Assembly: GCF_964213995.1 (NCBI RefSeq)
Contig: NW_027590198.1
Location: 372,001 to 436,000 of the forward strand
Length of the DNA stretch: 64,000 nt
Direction: 5' to 3'
DNA from: Mustelus asterias
Taxonomy: Eukaryota
A model generated the notes under the pieces. It did no database searches and was not told the origin of the DNA. It saw nothing but the letters and a program-made list of their open reading frames with translations. Shown piece after piece: positions 24,600 to 37,869 of the stretch. The first letter of the stretch is position 1, and each line of letters opens with the position of its first letter. Both the position numbers and the translations under genes were made by a program.

Positions 24600-27214
24600 T
24601 AAGACCATAAGACCATAAGACATAGGAGCGGAAGTAAGGCCATTCGGCCCATCGAGTCCACTCCACCATTCAATCATGGTTGATTTCAACTCCATTTACC
24701 CGCTCTCTCCCCATAGCCCTTAATTCCTCGAGAAATCAAGAATTTATCAATTTCTGTCTTGAAGACGCTCAACGTCTCGGCCTCCACAGCCCTCTGTGGC
24801 AATGAATTCCACAGACCCACCACTCTCTGGCTGAAGAAATTTCTCCTCATCTCTGTTCTAAAGTGACTCCCTTTTATTCTAAGGCTGTGCCCCCGCGTCC
24901 CAGTCTCCCCTGTTAATGGAAACAACTTCCCTACGTCCATCCTATCTAAGCCGTTCATTATCTTGTAAGTTTCTATCAGATCTCCCCTCAACCTCCTAAA
25001 CTCCAATGAATATAATCCCACGATCCTCAGACGTTCATCGTATGTCAGGCCTACCATTCCTGGGATCATCCGTGTGAATCTCCGCTGGACCCGCTCCAGT
25101 GACAGTATGTCCTTCCTGAGGTGTGGGGCCCAAAATTGCTCACAGTACTCCAAATGGGGCCTAACCAGTGCTTTATAAAGCCTCAGAAGTACATCCCTGC
25201 TTTTGTATTCCAAGCCTCTTGAGATAAATGACAACATTACATTTGCTTTCTTAATTACGGACTCAACCTGCAAGTTTACCTTTAGAGAATCCTGGACTAG
25301 GACTCCCAAGTCCCTTTGCACTTTAGCATTATGAATTTTGTCACCGTTTAGAAAATAGTCCATGCCTCTATTCTTTTTTCCAAAGTGTACGACCTCGCAC
25401 TTGCCCACGTTGAATTTCATCAGCCACTTCTTGGACCACTCTCCTAAACTGTCTAAATCTTTCTGCAGCCTCCCCACCTCCTCAATACTACCTGCCCCTC
25501 CACCTATCTTTGTATCATCGGCAAACTTGGCCAGAATGCTCCCAGTCCCGTCATCTAGATCGTTAATATATAAAGAGAACAGCTGTGGCCCCAACACTGA
25601 ACCCTGCGGGACACCACTTGTCACCGGTTGCCATTCTGAGAAAGAACCTTTTATCCCAACTCTCTGCCTTCTGTCTGACAGCCAATCGTCAATCCATGTT
25701 AGTACCTTGCCTCGAATACCATGGGCCCTTATTTTACTCAGCAGTCTCCCGTGAGGCACCTTGTCAAAGGCCTTTTGGAAGTCAAGATAGATAACATCCA
25801 TTGGCTCTCCTTGGTCTAACCTATTTGTTATCTCTTCAAAGAACTCTAGCAGGTTTGTCAGGCACGACCTCCCCTTACTAAATCCATGCTGACTTGTCTT
25901 AATCCGACCCTGCACTTCCAAGAATTTAGAAATCTCATCCTTAACGATGGATTCTAGAATTTTGCCAACAACTGAGGTTAGGCTAATTGGCCTATAATTT
26001 TCCATCTTTTTTCTTGTTCCCTTCTTGAACAGTGGGGTTACAACAGCGATTTTCCAATCCTCTGGGACTTTCCCTGACTCCAGTGACTTTTGAAAGATCA
26101 TAACTAACGCCTCCACTATTTCTTCAGCTATCTCCTTTAGAACTCTAGGATGTAGCCCATCTGGGCCCGGAGATTTATCAATTTTCAGACCTTTTAGTTT
26201 CTCTAGCACTTTCTCCTTTGTGATGGCAACCATATTCAACTCTGCCCCCTGACTTTCCTGAATTGTTGGGATATTACTCATGTCTTCTACTGTGAAGACT
26301 GACGCAAAGTACTTATTAAGTTCCTCAGCTATTTCCTTGTCTCCCATCACTAGATTACCAGCGTCATTTTGGAGCGGCCCAATGTCTACTTTTGCCTCCC
26401 GTTTGTTTTTAATGTATTTAAAGAAACTTTTACTATCATTCCTAATGTTACTGGCTAGCCTACCTTCATATTTGATCCTCTCCTTCCTTATTTCTCTCTT
26501 TGTTATCCTCTGTTTGTTTTTATAGCCTTCCCAATCTTCTGACTTCCCACTACTCTTTGCCACATTATAGGCTCTCTCTTTTGCCTTGATGCATTCCCTG
26601 ACTTCCTTTGTCAGCCATGGCTGCCTAATCCCCCCTCTGATAACCTTTCTTTTGTTTGGGATGAACCTCTGCACTGTGTCCTCAATTACTCCCAGAAACT
26701 CCTGCCATTGCTGTTCTACTGTCTTTCCCATTAGGCTCTGCTTCCAGTCGATTTTTGTCAGTTCCTCCCTCATGCGCCTGTAATTACCTTTATTTAACTG
26801 TAGAACCTTCACATCTGATTCTGCCTTCCTTCTTTCAAATTGCAGACTGAATTCTACCATATTATGATCACTGCTTCCTAAGTGTTCCCTTACTTTAAGA
26901 TCTTTTATCACGTCTGGCTCATTACATAACACTAAGTCCAGAATAGCCTGTTCCCTCGTGGGCTCCATCACAAGCTGTTCCAAAAAGCCATCCTGTAAAC
27001 ATTCAATGAATTCCCTTTCTTTGGGTCCACTGGCAACATTATTTACCCAGTCCACCTGCATATTGAAATCCCCCATGATCACTGTGACCTTGCCTTTCTG
27101 ACATGCCCTTTCTATTTCGTGGTGCATTTTGTGCCCCTGGTCCTGACCACTGTCAGGAGGCCTGTACATAACTCCCATTATGGTTTTTTTGCCTTTGTGG
27201 TTCCTCAACTCTAC
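24600..27214 (-). mobile_element. Young CR1 LINE with open 840-aa ORF2 segment (partial APE endonuclease + RT) at 24686-27208
   Basis: YRPP, MGDFN and SDHN endonuclease motifs; full RT motifs; no stops; (TTATGGTC)n tail; 5'-truncated. Confidence 0.97.
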
Positions 27215-27219
27215 TCAAC

Positions 27220-28060
27220 TCTAATGTCATGACACTCCATATGTCTGCTGTTACATCACTGGACCCTCTCTCTTCTGATACTGCACCAGAGCATGTTACT
27301 CTCTGCATTGCACGAGGCTCTGTCTCAGTTATGACATTCCTGGAACCTTCCACGTATACACTAATGTGGACGACGTCTCAATCACTGTTGCACTAGTCCA
27401 CTTCCATTTTTATACCGAACAACATCTTGTCTCTGTAATTATTGTTTTATCTCATGTTTCATTTATTACTGCACTTGCCCCTGTCAAAGCTTATATCAAT
27501 CTAAGGCCTTGGCCTGAAATTGCTGCACCAGGCTTTGTCTCAGTTTATATTACACAATGCCAAGAATCAGACAAAATTAAACTGGGCCCGTTGTCAGTTT
27601 TATTGCGCTTGATGCTCTCTCCTTTATTACAGCGCTAATCCATATCGCTGTTCATTTTACACATTATCCTTTCTCAGTTATTAGTTTACTCTGCATTGCA
27701 TCACGTTTCATTCTACTTGGCCACTTCTCTGTTTGTATCACACCAGATCATGTCTCTATGTTCGATACCGCCAATATGAGTTACATTACACACGGACCTG
27801 TCTCAGTTGAAATTATTCTTCACATTGTCTCTGCATATATTAGAATAAACCTTGTCTTTGTTACAGCTGCGTACTGCATGTCTCTGCTCATATTGGGAAG
27901 CACCAAGCTGGTTAGTAATACACTAGACCCTCTCTCAATATTTACTGAGCTGAACCCAGCCTCCATTCATACTAGTACAGGTACTGTATAAATAATTGTT
28001 TCACTCGGCCCTGTCTCACTATTACTAAACAAAAGCCTATTCCCCGTTTATATTAAAACG
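27220..28060. repeat. Degenerate ~28-30-bp minisatellite
   Basis: Recurrent CTGTCTCAGTT…ATTAC…CACTAGACC motifs. Confidence 0.55.
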
Positions 28061-28333
28061 CATCATGTTTGATGGATTGGCCATGTAAAAGTACCCCTTA
28101 GTGTCCAAATATGTGCAGGTTATGTGGATCAGCCATGGCAAATACGCGGGGCTAACGGGGATAGGGTAAAAGGAAGGGTTAAAGGGGATAGGGCAGAAAG
28201 AATTTTGGGCCGAATGGCCTAATTCTACTCCTATATCTTATGAACTTATGAAGACTTGGGTGGGATGCAGATTCGAAGGGCCTTTGTCTGCAGAATAGGG
28301 ATCCGATGATTCCATGTCTAAGAAATATCACAG

Positions 28334-28657
28334 TAAGAAGTCTCACAACACCAGTTTAAAGTCCAACAGGTTTATTTGGCAGCAAATACCATAAGCTTTC
28401 GGAGCAATGCTCCTTCGTCAGATGGAGTGGTCTCTGTTCTCAAACAGGGCACAGACACAGAAATCAAATTACAGAATTCTGTAATTTGATTTCTGTGTCT
28501 GTGCCCTGTTTGAGAACAGAGACCACTCCATCTGACGAAGGAGCATTGCTCCGAAAGCTTATGGTATTTGCTACCAAATAAACCTGTTGATCTTTAACCT
28601 GGTGTTGTGAGACTTCTTACTGTGCTTACCCCAGTCCAACGCCGGCATCTCCACATC
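28334..28657. mobile_element. Fold-back Penelope-like mini-insertion with 14-bp TSD
   Basis: Spacer-less inverted repeat 28329-28476/28477-28624 centred on GAATTC; 33-nt tail; TSD AAGAAATATCACAG at 28320-28333 and 28658-28671. Confidence 0.93.
28528..28564 (+). ncRNA. Minimal hammerhead ribozyme motif (mirror copy at 28389-28425 on -)
   Basis: CCAT-CTGACGA-A-GGAGCAtTGCTCC-GAAA-GC-TT-ATGG. Confidence 0.7.
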
Positions 28658-29304
28658 AAGAAATATCACAGCAGTTCCCTCCTTCAATATTCGTTTGCTT
28701 ATTTATTTTTAAAAAAAATATATTTTCGAATAACTCCCTTTGGAGAAATGAACTTTCATTTGGCAAATTCCCTTCAATTTTCCCAGTGATAAACTTCAAA
28801 CCATTTTCGCCTTCCATGAGTGTATGAAAACCCTAAACAGTTCATATATTTCAATTGAAGAATAGTTGATACTGTAACTATTTATTGGCAGCAACTCTGT
28901 TTTGTGCTCTTGTTTACAAAATGATTTCAAACTTATTATTTTGTTCCCAGATTTGACATTCTGTCTTTAAAGATCAGTTGCAAAATTGATAAAATCATAT
29001 CTCGCAGATTATTGGAAAATGATCTTCTCGGTGTCTCACAGAAATTCCTGATATAAACCTCAAATGTGTGCTGATTTGTGAAAATGATGGCCAAAATGAA
29101 CCTGTACCTATACCCGAATTACAGATGTAATTCTCAGACTATTTATTCATATTGATGCAAAGGATTGAAACATCTGCTGCTCTCCTGATAAGGTTTTATA
29201 TTTCTGTTTAACCGTCACCTTCACCAATTCTATGGAGACCACCCGAACTTTTTCCGACTGTCTTTAGGTGTACAATCTAGGTAAGAAAATGAGCCAGGAT
29301 CAGA

Positions 29305-30368
29305 TGTATAAAAGTTGGGGTCTGATGTTGCAGATGTATAGAACGTTGGTTCGGCCGCATTTGGAATACTGCGTCCAGTTCTGGTCGCCACACTACCAGA
29401 AGGACGTGGAGGCTTTGGAGAGAGTACAGAGGAGGTTTACCAGGATGTTGCCTGGTATGGAGGGGCTTGGTTATGAGGAGAGATTGGGGAAACTGGGGTT
29501 GTTCTCCTTGGAAAGACGGAGGATGAGGGGAGACTTAATAGAGGTGTATAAAATTATGAAAGGCATAGATAGGGTGAACGGTGGGAAGCTTTTCCCCGGG
29601 TCGGTGGTGACGTTCACGAGGGGTCATAGGTTCAAGGTGAAGGGGGGGAGGTTTAACACAGATATCAGAAGGACATATTTTACACAGAGGGTCGTGGGGG
29701 CCTGGAATGTGTTGCCGGGCAAGGTGGTGGAGGCGGACACACTGGGAACGTTTAAGACTTATCTAGACAGCTATATGAACGGAGTGGGAATGGAGGGATA
29801 CAAAAGAGTGGTCTAGTTTGGACCAGGGAGCGGCGCGGGCTAATTGTTCTTTGTTTCTCGTTTCAAGGCTTCATTCTATGATCATCTTGCTGGTGCCAGT
29901 ACAGAGCGAGACTGCGGATAGTTGGGAACCTGTCTCGGGGGCAGGGAATTCAGATGGTGTTCGTAAAGCAGAAGTGGAAATGAATAGGGTTGGGAAGCAT
30001 TTTCTGATCAGGGCCAGTGTGATCTCCTGGACTCGTTCCGATCGCCACAGGGGGTCGGAGAGGAATTTCCCAGATTTTTCTTTCCCCATATTGGCCCTGG
30101 GGTTTTCACTCTGGGTTTTCGCCTCTCCCTGGAGATCACATGGTCTGGAATGGGGGGGTGGGGTGAGTTAATAGGTTGTGATGAACAAAGCATCGTAGCT
30201 GTGAGGGACAGCTCGGTGGATAGGATATTAGGATGTAGATAGGCTGGAAAATTGGGCGGGGATCCTGGATTCAGGATTCAATCCTGGACCGGGGAGCGGC
30301 GCGGGCTTGGAGGGCCGAAGGGCCTGTTCCTGTGCTGTATTGTTCTTTGTTCTTGTTCTTGTTCTTTG
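29305..30368 (+). mobile_element. CR1 3' fragment with expanded 3' UTR
   Basis: LVRPHLEYCVQFWSP…TRGHRFK up to the stop at 29816; (TTGTTC)n tail at ~30340-30368. Confidence 0.92.
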
Positions 30369-31148
30369 TATCATGAAGAGAAAACAGACTTTGACTAATA
30401 TAAACAGTGATACGGGATGGTGAGCATGGACTGCAGAGGGTCAAGCTGGCAGATCATCACCACTTTCTAAGGGGCAATTAGAGAGGGGCAACCGATGCTA
30501 GCAATGGGCACATCCCGAAATGATTAAAAATATTGCAGTAACAACAGAAACAGGAATCTAGTCTAATATGGACAGATACACTAGTGTAATGATGATATAG
30601 ACTGGCCGTGCGAGTAATACAAACCAATATATGGCCAATATAGAATAAGAGAGACAGAACCTGATATAACATTAGAAACAAAAATCATTTTTTTGTTTGT
30701 GTATTTTATCCAATAATAACTGTTAGAAATGAAATGTAACAAAGGCAGATACAGGTTCGTATTCAGAACTGGTTGGGTAACGGTTTCCAAAAATAATCAT
30801 GGAGAATTAGAACAGAATAACTTGAATGAAAGGCTCTAGAATATCAATAACAGAGAGTGCAGGCCCGGGGACAGACTGGAGCCTGATATAAGGGAGCAAT
30901 CATTTCTCGGGCCATATCGCAGGTTTCTGCCTCATGGTGAATGACACTGGGACTTGTGGAGCAAACAGGGACTGGCAATATCATGGCAAATGCAGGAGTG
31001 TCAGACTCCACCTGAGTAAGAGCTGTTATTCCCAAGGGGATGATATTCATGGCGGACTCCATAAATTTCTGATAGCTGAGGTCACAGTGGAGAATCTGTC
31101 AGAGGAACAGAAAATAATCTGTTCCTCCTCACTCTTACCAACAGTGGA

Positions 31149-31183
<35 letters not shown>
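31149..31183. repeat. (CA)n microsatellite
   Basis: Seen directly in the sequence. Confidence 0.95.
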
Positions 31184-32729
31184 AGTTCTGTCAAAAAGAC
31201 AGGATTAGCAGAAGACTATACCTGTATAAATAATGCATTCTATTCAGTCTCAATGAAGGACAGGGATAGATACAAAAAGGCTAGGAAAATGCTATTAATG
31301 AACCTATCAAATGGTCCCATTCCAGAAAATCCTCCAAATTTTAATCCCACTCAGGATTTATCTAATCTGTTTTCCAAAGTTACTTTGAAATCTGATTCCA
31401 TCACCATTTCAAGCTGTCATTCCAGTTCATAACAACTCTTGTGTAAAAGTAAACAAGTATATTTCTTTCTTCCTGCTCAATAAAATAAATGTGTGCCCAT
31501 TGGCTGCCGACCGTCCTCCCAGTTTAAAGGTTCTCTCTTTAATTACCCCACTCACAACTTCATGATTTTCAACACGAATAAATGTCTTCAAAAGTCTCAC
31601 AAGGATATGGAGAGAGATACCGGGAGAGTGAGGAGAAAGAAACACACATTGCTGATGACAGATAAAAGCTGAGGAGCAAAAAATAAATAACAGATGGAGA
31701 AAAAATGATAAAATAATGAAAGATAACAGCTATAATTTCCTTCCTTCACTGAACCCGGTGGAGCTCAGTGACTGATCCACTGACCATCCAGTTATGTCAG
31801 GGAATGGAAACTCTAAACAGATCACAACAGACTCATTTGTAAATATCACTACAAAGTGATCTGTGTGACTCTGCCCTGACTCTGTCGACAGATGTAGGCC
31901 GCACGACAGATGTTCTCACCAGATTGTGGCCCCTGGATTTATTTTCTGCTCAGAAGCGAGAGGTGCGGTTTGGAACCGACAGCAGAGAAACAAGAAGTGT
32001 GTTACCTCAGAATGAAACAACCGGGGCGAGTTTGATGTTATCGTGAACAGTTTTCCTGCCTGTGATGGTGAACTCACTCTGACAGCATCATGAACAACCA
32101 CACAGATTGCTGCCGGTCTCAGCATTACATTCACCTCAATTCCCATTTTCATGAATCAAGAAAATGATCATATTTGGGGTTTAAACTGATTAATTGAAGG
32201 GAAGGTGGACTGAAGATTATCACTGAGAGAAAAGAGGGAAAATTAAAGCAACATTATTTCCCGCAGACCTGTTCCAAAATAAGAAGTTTAAATGTGTTAG
32301 ATGTCGTGTGAGAGAAATCGAGAAGAGAGGTTAAGCGAGTGAACTGGTCTGCTTCCGGCACTGAATTTTCCTCTGATGAGATTTTTGTGCTTCATCTTTT
32401 CAGTCACAAGGTGCCTTAAGCAAAAAAACAAGACATTTTTTGCACTGGCAGCCAGAGACGGCTCATGGGTACCTGTGTAAGTGAGTCAATGGAGACTGAG
32501 AGAAGAAGATAAGTTATCTGATTCAGGTACAGTTTAAGACAGAGAAAGCGAGGAGAGAGTTCAGTGAGTCATTTGAAAGGTCCATTGCCTTGGCAGCGCA
32601 ATGGCCAGCTGTACATCACTTTCCAGAGCGCCCAGGGCAAGTAATTAACTTTAGGTATTGACTGAGGCATAGATGCAAGTAAATACTGAATAAATTACCA
32701 CATCATGCATAAATGTAAATGCAATTATT

Positions 32730-32920
32730 TACACAGTGGTTAGCACTGGTATCTCACAGAGTTAAGGACACAGGTTCCATTTCGGCTTTGGATAACTGTC
32801 TGTGTGGAGTTTGCACATTCATCCCGTGTGCCCGTGGGTTTCCTCCAGGTTTACCTCTTTCCTCCTATAGTCCAAAGATGTACAGGTTAGGTTGAGTGGC
32901 CATGCTCAGATGCCCCTGAT
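32730..32920 (+). mobile_element. Degenerate HE1-like SINE
   Basis: CAGTGGTTAGCACTG…TGTGTGGAGTTTGCACATTC…GGGTTTCCTCC. Confidence 0.75.
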
Positions 32921-33209
32921 TGACAATTTGTAGTGCAACGTGGCATACGATTGTTATGTTCCTCAAAGTCTTTTGAACAAGAGGGTGTTGCAAGATTCAT
33001 CCCAAACTTTCAAAACAATATTGAACAAAATATGAGAGCAATTTGATATTATATCCAACACCTAATAGCTATTGACAAGCCGAAACGCATTCTTCCAACC
33101 CCTTTCATCCACACAAATATATTACATTTTTTAAAGTTAATATCCATCTATTCATCTAGTTCGCTCTTCCTCTCTTTCTATCTCTCAGGCGCATTTTATA
33201 GAAAAGTAA

Positions 33210-33830
33210 TAACTTAGACAGTGTCTGCTTTATTATTCGGTTACAATGGAATAAAAAATGAGGCACAGATGCGTTCAGTAGTGCATGACATAGAGCCGAG
33301 CACAATAATATCTGAGATGGAGCCTAATGTAACACAAGTGGACTCTTAGCTAAGCAAGAACAGCTCAGAAATTATGATTTGAAGCAGATATCACGGCATG
33401 TCTTCATATATTAATAAATTAAGCGGCATATAATGTAATGTAAACATATACAAGTTCTGTTGCAAAAATGATTCAAATGAGTCAAATGCAGTATATAAAG
33501 AGGCATAGCCCAGTGCATTACTGTACAAGACTACACCAAATGTGTTATTGCAGTGAACATTATATCCAGTACAGTAATAACTGAGACAGGTTTAATTGTA
33601 GCGCATATAGAAACAAGTTCCAATGCATTAATAAATTAAACTTCGGATTGCGTTATATACGCAGATACAATGCTGCAAGAAAGATATGGTGTAGTACAGT
33701 CATAACTGAGACAACTCCAGTGCATTAAAAATATTACATTGTTAAATGCAGTGATAACTGAAGACGTTACACTGCAATAAAACGAAACGCAATATACAAT
33801 GAAATAGAAGCGTATACCTGGTCGTACTAT
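33210..33830. repeat. Degenerate minisatellite of the 27.2-kb family, opposite orientation (similar tracts at ~30380-30680 and ~36660-37050)
   Basis: Recurrent AATAACTGAGACAGG / CCAGTGCATTA motifs. Confidence 0.5.
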
Positions 33831-34584
33831 AGTAAGGAATTTTTAAAAATGGTTCTTCGTAGGTTCCACGGAATCATAGCCTAATTCAGTAAGAACGATA
33901 TATGATCTAATGCTATGAATCCGAGAGGATGAACTGCAGTGTTGAGTGAGGAAGGAGATAGAGAGAGACAGATGGACAAGTTCACTAATACCACTCCATT
34001 TATGATGAATGATCTGCTGAGTGTTTCTGGATTTCTTTTTTCAGATCTCATGCATCTGCAGTATCTTGTTTTTGAGCAACGATATATTTGAACAGATTAG
34101 AAAAAGGATGGTCAATAAAGGGACAGTTTTATGGATTGATTTCGATGGGGAAAGGGAGATAAGGAGATTTAGGGCGGGAATAACAGAATCTAGGGCCGAA
34201 GCAGATTAACACATCCCAAACTGAAAAATAATTTGAAGATAAGAAGGGAAAATGCAGAAAATAAATATGTTTAAATTCTATTCAAACACAACTTGTTCTG
34301 TGGCCATTTCGTTTTTCTCTCTCTGAAACAGATGAGCAATTAAGATTGGATAGATATTCAGCCTGTGGGAGCCCATCTCGCGATATTGCGAGTACACAAT
34401 TCTGTCTCACACTGTCAGTGTATCAGTTGAATGCTTTTAATAAAATAAGATAGGCGAAACAATCTTTATCGCTAAAATCTGTGGTAAATTGACATAGTGC
34501 AACACAATATTCAACGAATAAAATGCATCATAACAGAGGTTGCCTAAAGATATTGCAAAGAGCACTGCACCATTTATTATTATA

Positions 34585-36532
34585 AAAGAGGTCACGAAAT
34601 GTTCTTGGCAGATAGGTTGAAGGAGAATCCTAAGGCATTTTATTCCTATGTTAGGAACAAAAGAGCTGTCAGGGAAAAAGTCGGACCTCTCAGGGACAAA
34701 GGAGGGGAATTATGCTGAGAACCCAAGGGAATAGGGGAGATCCTAAATGAAAACTTTGCATCGGTATTCACAAAGGAGAGGGACCTGTTGACTGGGAGTG
34801 TCTCAGAGGGAGGTGTTGACCCGTTAGAGAGAATCTCCATTCCAAGGGAGGAAGTGTTACGTTTTTTAGGTACCATTAAAACTGACAAATCCCCAGGGCC
34901 TGATGGCATCTATTCTAGACTGCTCAGGGAAACAAGAGATGTAATTGCTGGGCCTCTGATGGAAATATTTGTCTCTTCATTGGACACAGTTGAGGTCCCG
35001 GAGGATTGGAGGATAGCAAATGTGGTACCGTTATTTAACAAGGGTAGCAGGCATAACCCGGGTAATTATAGGCCAGTGAGTTTGACGTCCGTGGTAGGGA
35101 AGTTGTTGGAGACGGTTGTTAGAGACAGGATGTATGCATATTTAGAACGGAACAATCTCATTAGTGACAGACAGCATGGTTTTGTAAGATGGAGGTCGTG
35201 CCTTACAAATTTGGTGGAGTTTTTTGAGGAAGTGACAAAAATGGTTGATGAAGGAAGGGCCGTGGATGTCGTCTGTATGGATTTCAGTAAGGCATTTGAC
35301 GAAGTCCCTCATGGCAGGTTGGTTAAGAAGGTTAAGGCTCATGTGATACAAGGAGAGGTGGCTAGATGGGTAGAAAACTGGCTTGGCCACAGGATGTGGA
35401 GATGCCGGCGTTGGACTGGGGTGAACACAGTAAGAGTTTTAACAACACCAGGTTACCTGTTGGGCTTGACCTGTTGGACTTTAACCTGGTGTTGTTAAAA
35501 CTCTTACTGCGTTGGCCATAGGAGACAGAGGGTAACAGTTGAAGGGTCTTTTTCCGGCTGGAGGTCTGTGACAAGTGGTGTTCCGCAGGGCTCTGTACTG
35601 GGACCTCTGCTATTTGTGATATATATAAATGATTTGGAAGAAGGTGTAACTGGTGTTATCAGCAAGTTTGCGGACGACACGGAGATGACTGGACTTGCGG
35701 ATAACGATGAACATTGTCGGGCAATACAGCAGGATCTAGATAGGCTGGAAAATTGGGCGGAGAAATGGCAGATGGAATTTAATCCAGATAAATGCGAAGT
35801 GATGCATTTTGGAAGAACTAATGTAGGGGGAGTTATACATTAAATGGCAGAGACATCAAGTGTATAGAAACACAGAGGGACCTAGGTGTGCAAGTCCACA
35901 AATCCTTGAAGGTGGCCGCACAGGTAGAGAAGGTGGTGAAGAAGGCATATGGTATGCTTGCCTTTATAGGGCGGGGTATAGAGTATAAAAGCTGGAGTCT
36001 GATGTTGTAGCTGTATAGAACGCTGTTTAGGCCACATTTGGAGTACTGCGTCCAGTTCTGGTCGCCGCACTACGAGAAGGACGTGGGGGCATTAGAGAGA
36101 GTGCAGAGAAAGTTTACCAGGATGTTGCCTGGTATGGAGGGTCTTAGCTATGAAGAGAGATTGGGTAAACTGGGCTTGTTCTCCCTGGAAAGACGGAGAA
36201 TAAGGGGAGACCTAATAGAAGTGTACAAAATTATGAAGGGTATAGATAGGGTGAACAGTCGGAAGCTTTTTCCCAGGTCGGAGGTAACGATCACGAGGGG
36301 TCACGGGCTCAAGGTGAGAGGGGCGAGGTATAACTCAGATATCAGAGGGACATAGTTTACACAGAGAGTGGTGGGGGCCTGGAATGCGCATCGTTTAAGA
36401 CTTACCTGGATAGTCACATGAGCAGTCTGGGAATGGAGGGATACAAACGAATGGTCTAGTTGGACCAATGAGCGACACAGGCTTGAAGGGCCGAAGGGCC
36501 TGTTTCCTGTGCTGTACTGTTCTTTGTTCTTT
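34585..36532 (+). mobile_element. CR1 fragment interrupted by a Penelope terminus
   Basis: ORFs 34788-35498, 35568-35843 and 36038-36355 carry CR1 RT motifs; (TGTTCTT)n tail. Confidence 0.93.
35395..35511 (-). mobile_element. Penelope-like terminal mini-insertion with short fold-back
   Basis: Reverse terminus plus inverted copy; TSD TTGGCCAYAGGA at 35383-35394 and 35512-35523. Confidence 0.85.
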
Positions 36533-37869
36533 CACCATTGTTCTTATTGACCTGTCCCTCAGTGCCAGTTTATCACTGAGAAATTGTTATAACGTTCACG
36601 CTAAATATTACCCACACAATAGCAGAGTGATTAGACGTTTCTCACAGCTACTTATAGATATTAGCAAAATATAAACCTACTCTTCCAAACAAGAATGATT
36701 GGCATCGGACAGGCACGCCCACTGATATCGTGATTGATAATATCTCGACAGGCAACATATTCATGGACGCATGTTGGATTAACAGAGACAGGCTCTGATG
36801 TAATGTAAAGAGACAAATCCTGTGTAATATAAATAGGAATGGGATCCGACGAAATATAATCAGATCCGTGGTCCACTGTAGGACTAATTGAGAGGACCTG
36901 ATGTAGCATAAATAGAGAAATGGCTGAGTGTAGCAGAACGAGAAAAACGACCGAATGTAGTATAAAGAGAGACAGGGTCCACTGCCGTATCATTAAAGAC
37001 TGGGTCTGGTACAACATAAATAGAAGCATGGACCGGTGTAATGTAATCAGAGGATCGATTCAGTTAATTAATAACTAATAAAGCAGTGTCTTTTATATAC
37101 TGGCCCTCTTGCCAGTGGATAACATTTTCTTCCTAATGAGTAAAACATTCTCATTCATAACTTTGAACTTCTGTACTAAATCTCCCATAAACTGCTCAGT
37201 TCTAAAGGAAACAAACGCAGCGTTCAGCTGTTCTGATAGTGCAGCTCATGCATGCTGAACGTCAAGCTCCACACCACCTTCTGCCTCGCATGTTTCCCGA
37301 TGTCATTTTAGGAATTGATGCAACTTTTACATGGATTCCCATTAATCAATGTCATCGTGTCAGAATAAGATTCAAGGCTAGGAGAAGACTTGCTTCTGAC
37401 AATTAGATGCATCAGGATAATATTGGACACAGATCTCAGAGTTTCGACACACTGAGCTCAATGTCATAACGTCAAATCACGAACTCCAATCGGTTAACAG
37501 TCTTATCTCAGTGGAATCAACATCATTTTTGAGTCAAATGGTATTGTGTTCAATTCCCACAACAGACACGTCAGCTCATGATCCAACCTGTGACCCAGTG
37601 CTGAATGTCCAGCTGCTCCATTATTAGCTGTGATTATATTTCAGTCTAAGGTGTAGCATAGCAATATTATTATTAAGCTTATATTCCAGAAGCTTGAAGT
37701 AATGCTCTGCGGGCAAGAGTTCAAATTCCACCCCGGCAGCTGGGGAATTTCAATTCAATTAATTGATTAAGCTGAATCAAACATCGTTGTCTAATTAATA
37801 ACAATCATATTTCGCCAAAGCTCGTCTTCTTTTCTGATGTCTTTCAGGAGAAGATATTTTACTTCTTAC

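Noticed and set aside
29268-29280. Micro-exon or VH start (AG|GTGTACAATCTAG|GTAAG, GVQS-like)
   Set aside because: 13 nt, not phase-symmetric; no V domain follows and no partner exon found
32380-32482. J segment (GATTTTTGT nonamer-like, downstream GTAAGT donor)
   Set aside because: No GTG-ending heptamer at 12 or 23 nt and no in-frame FGxG/WGxG
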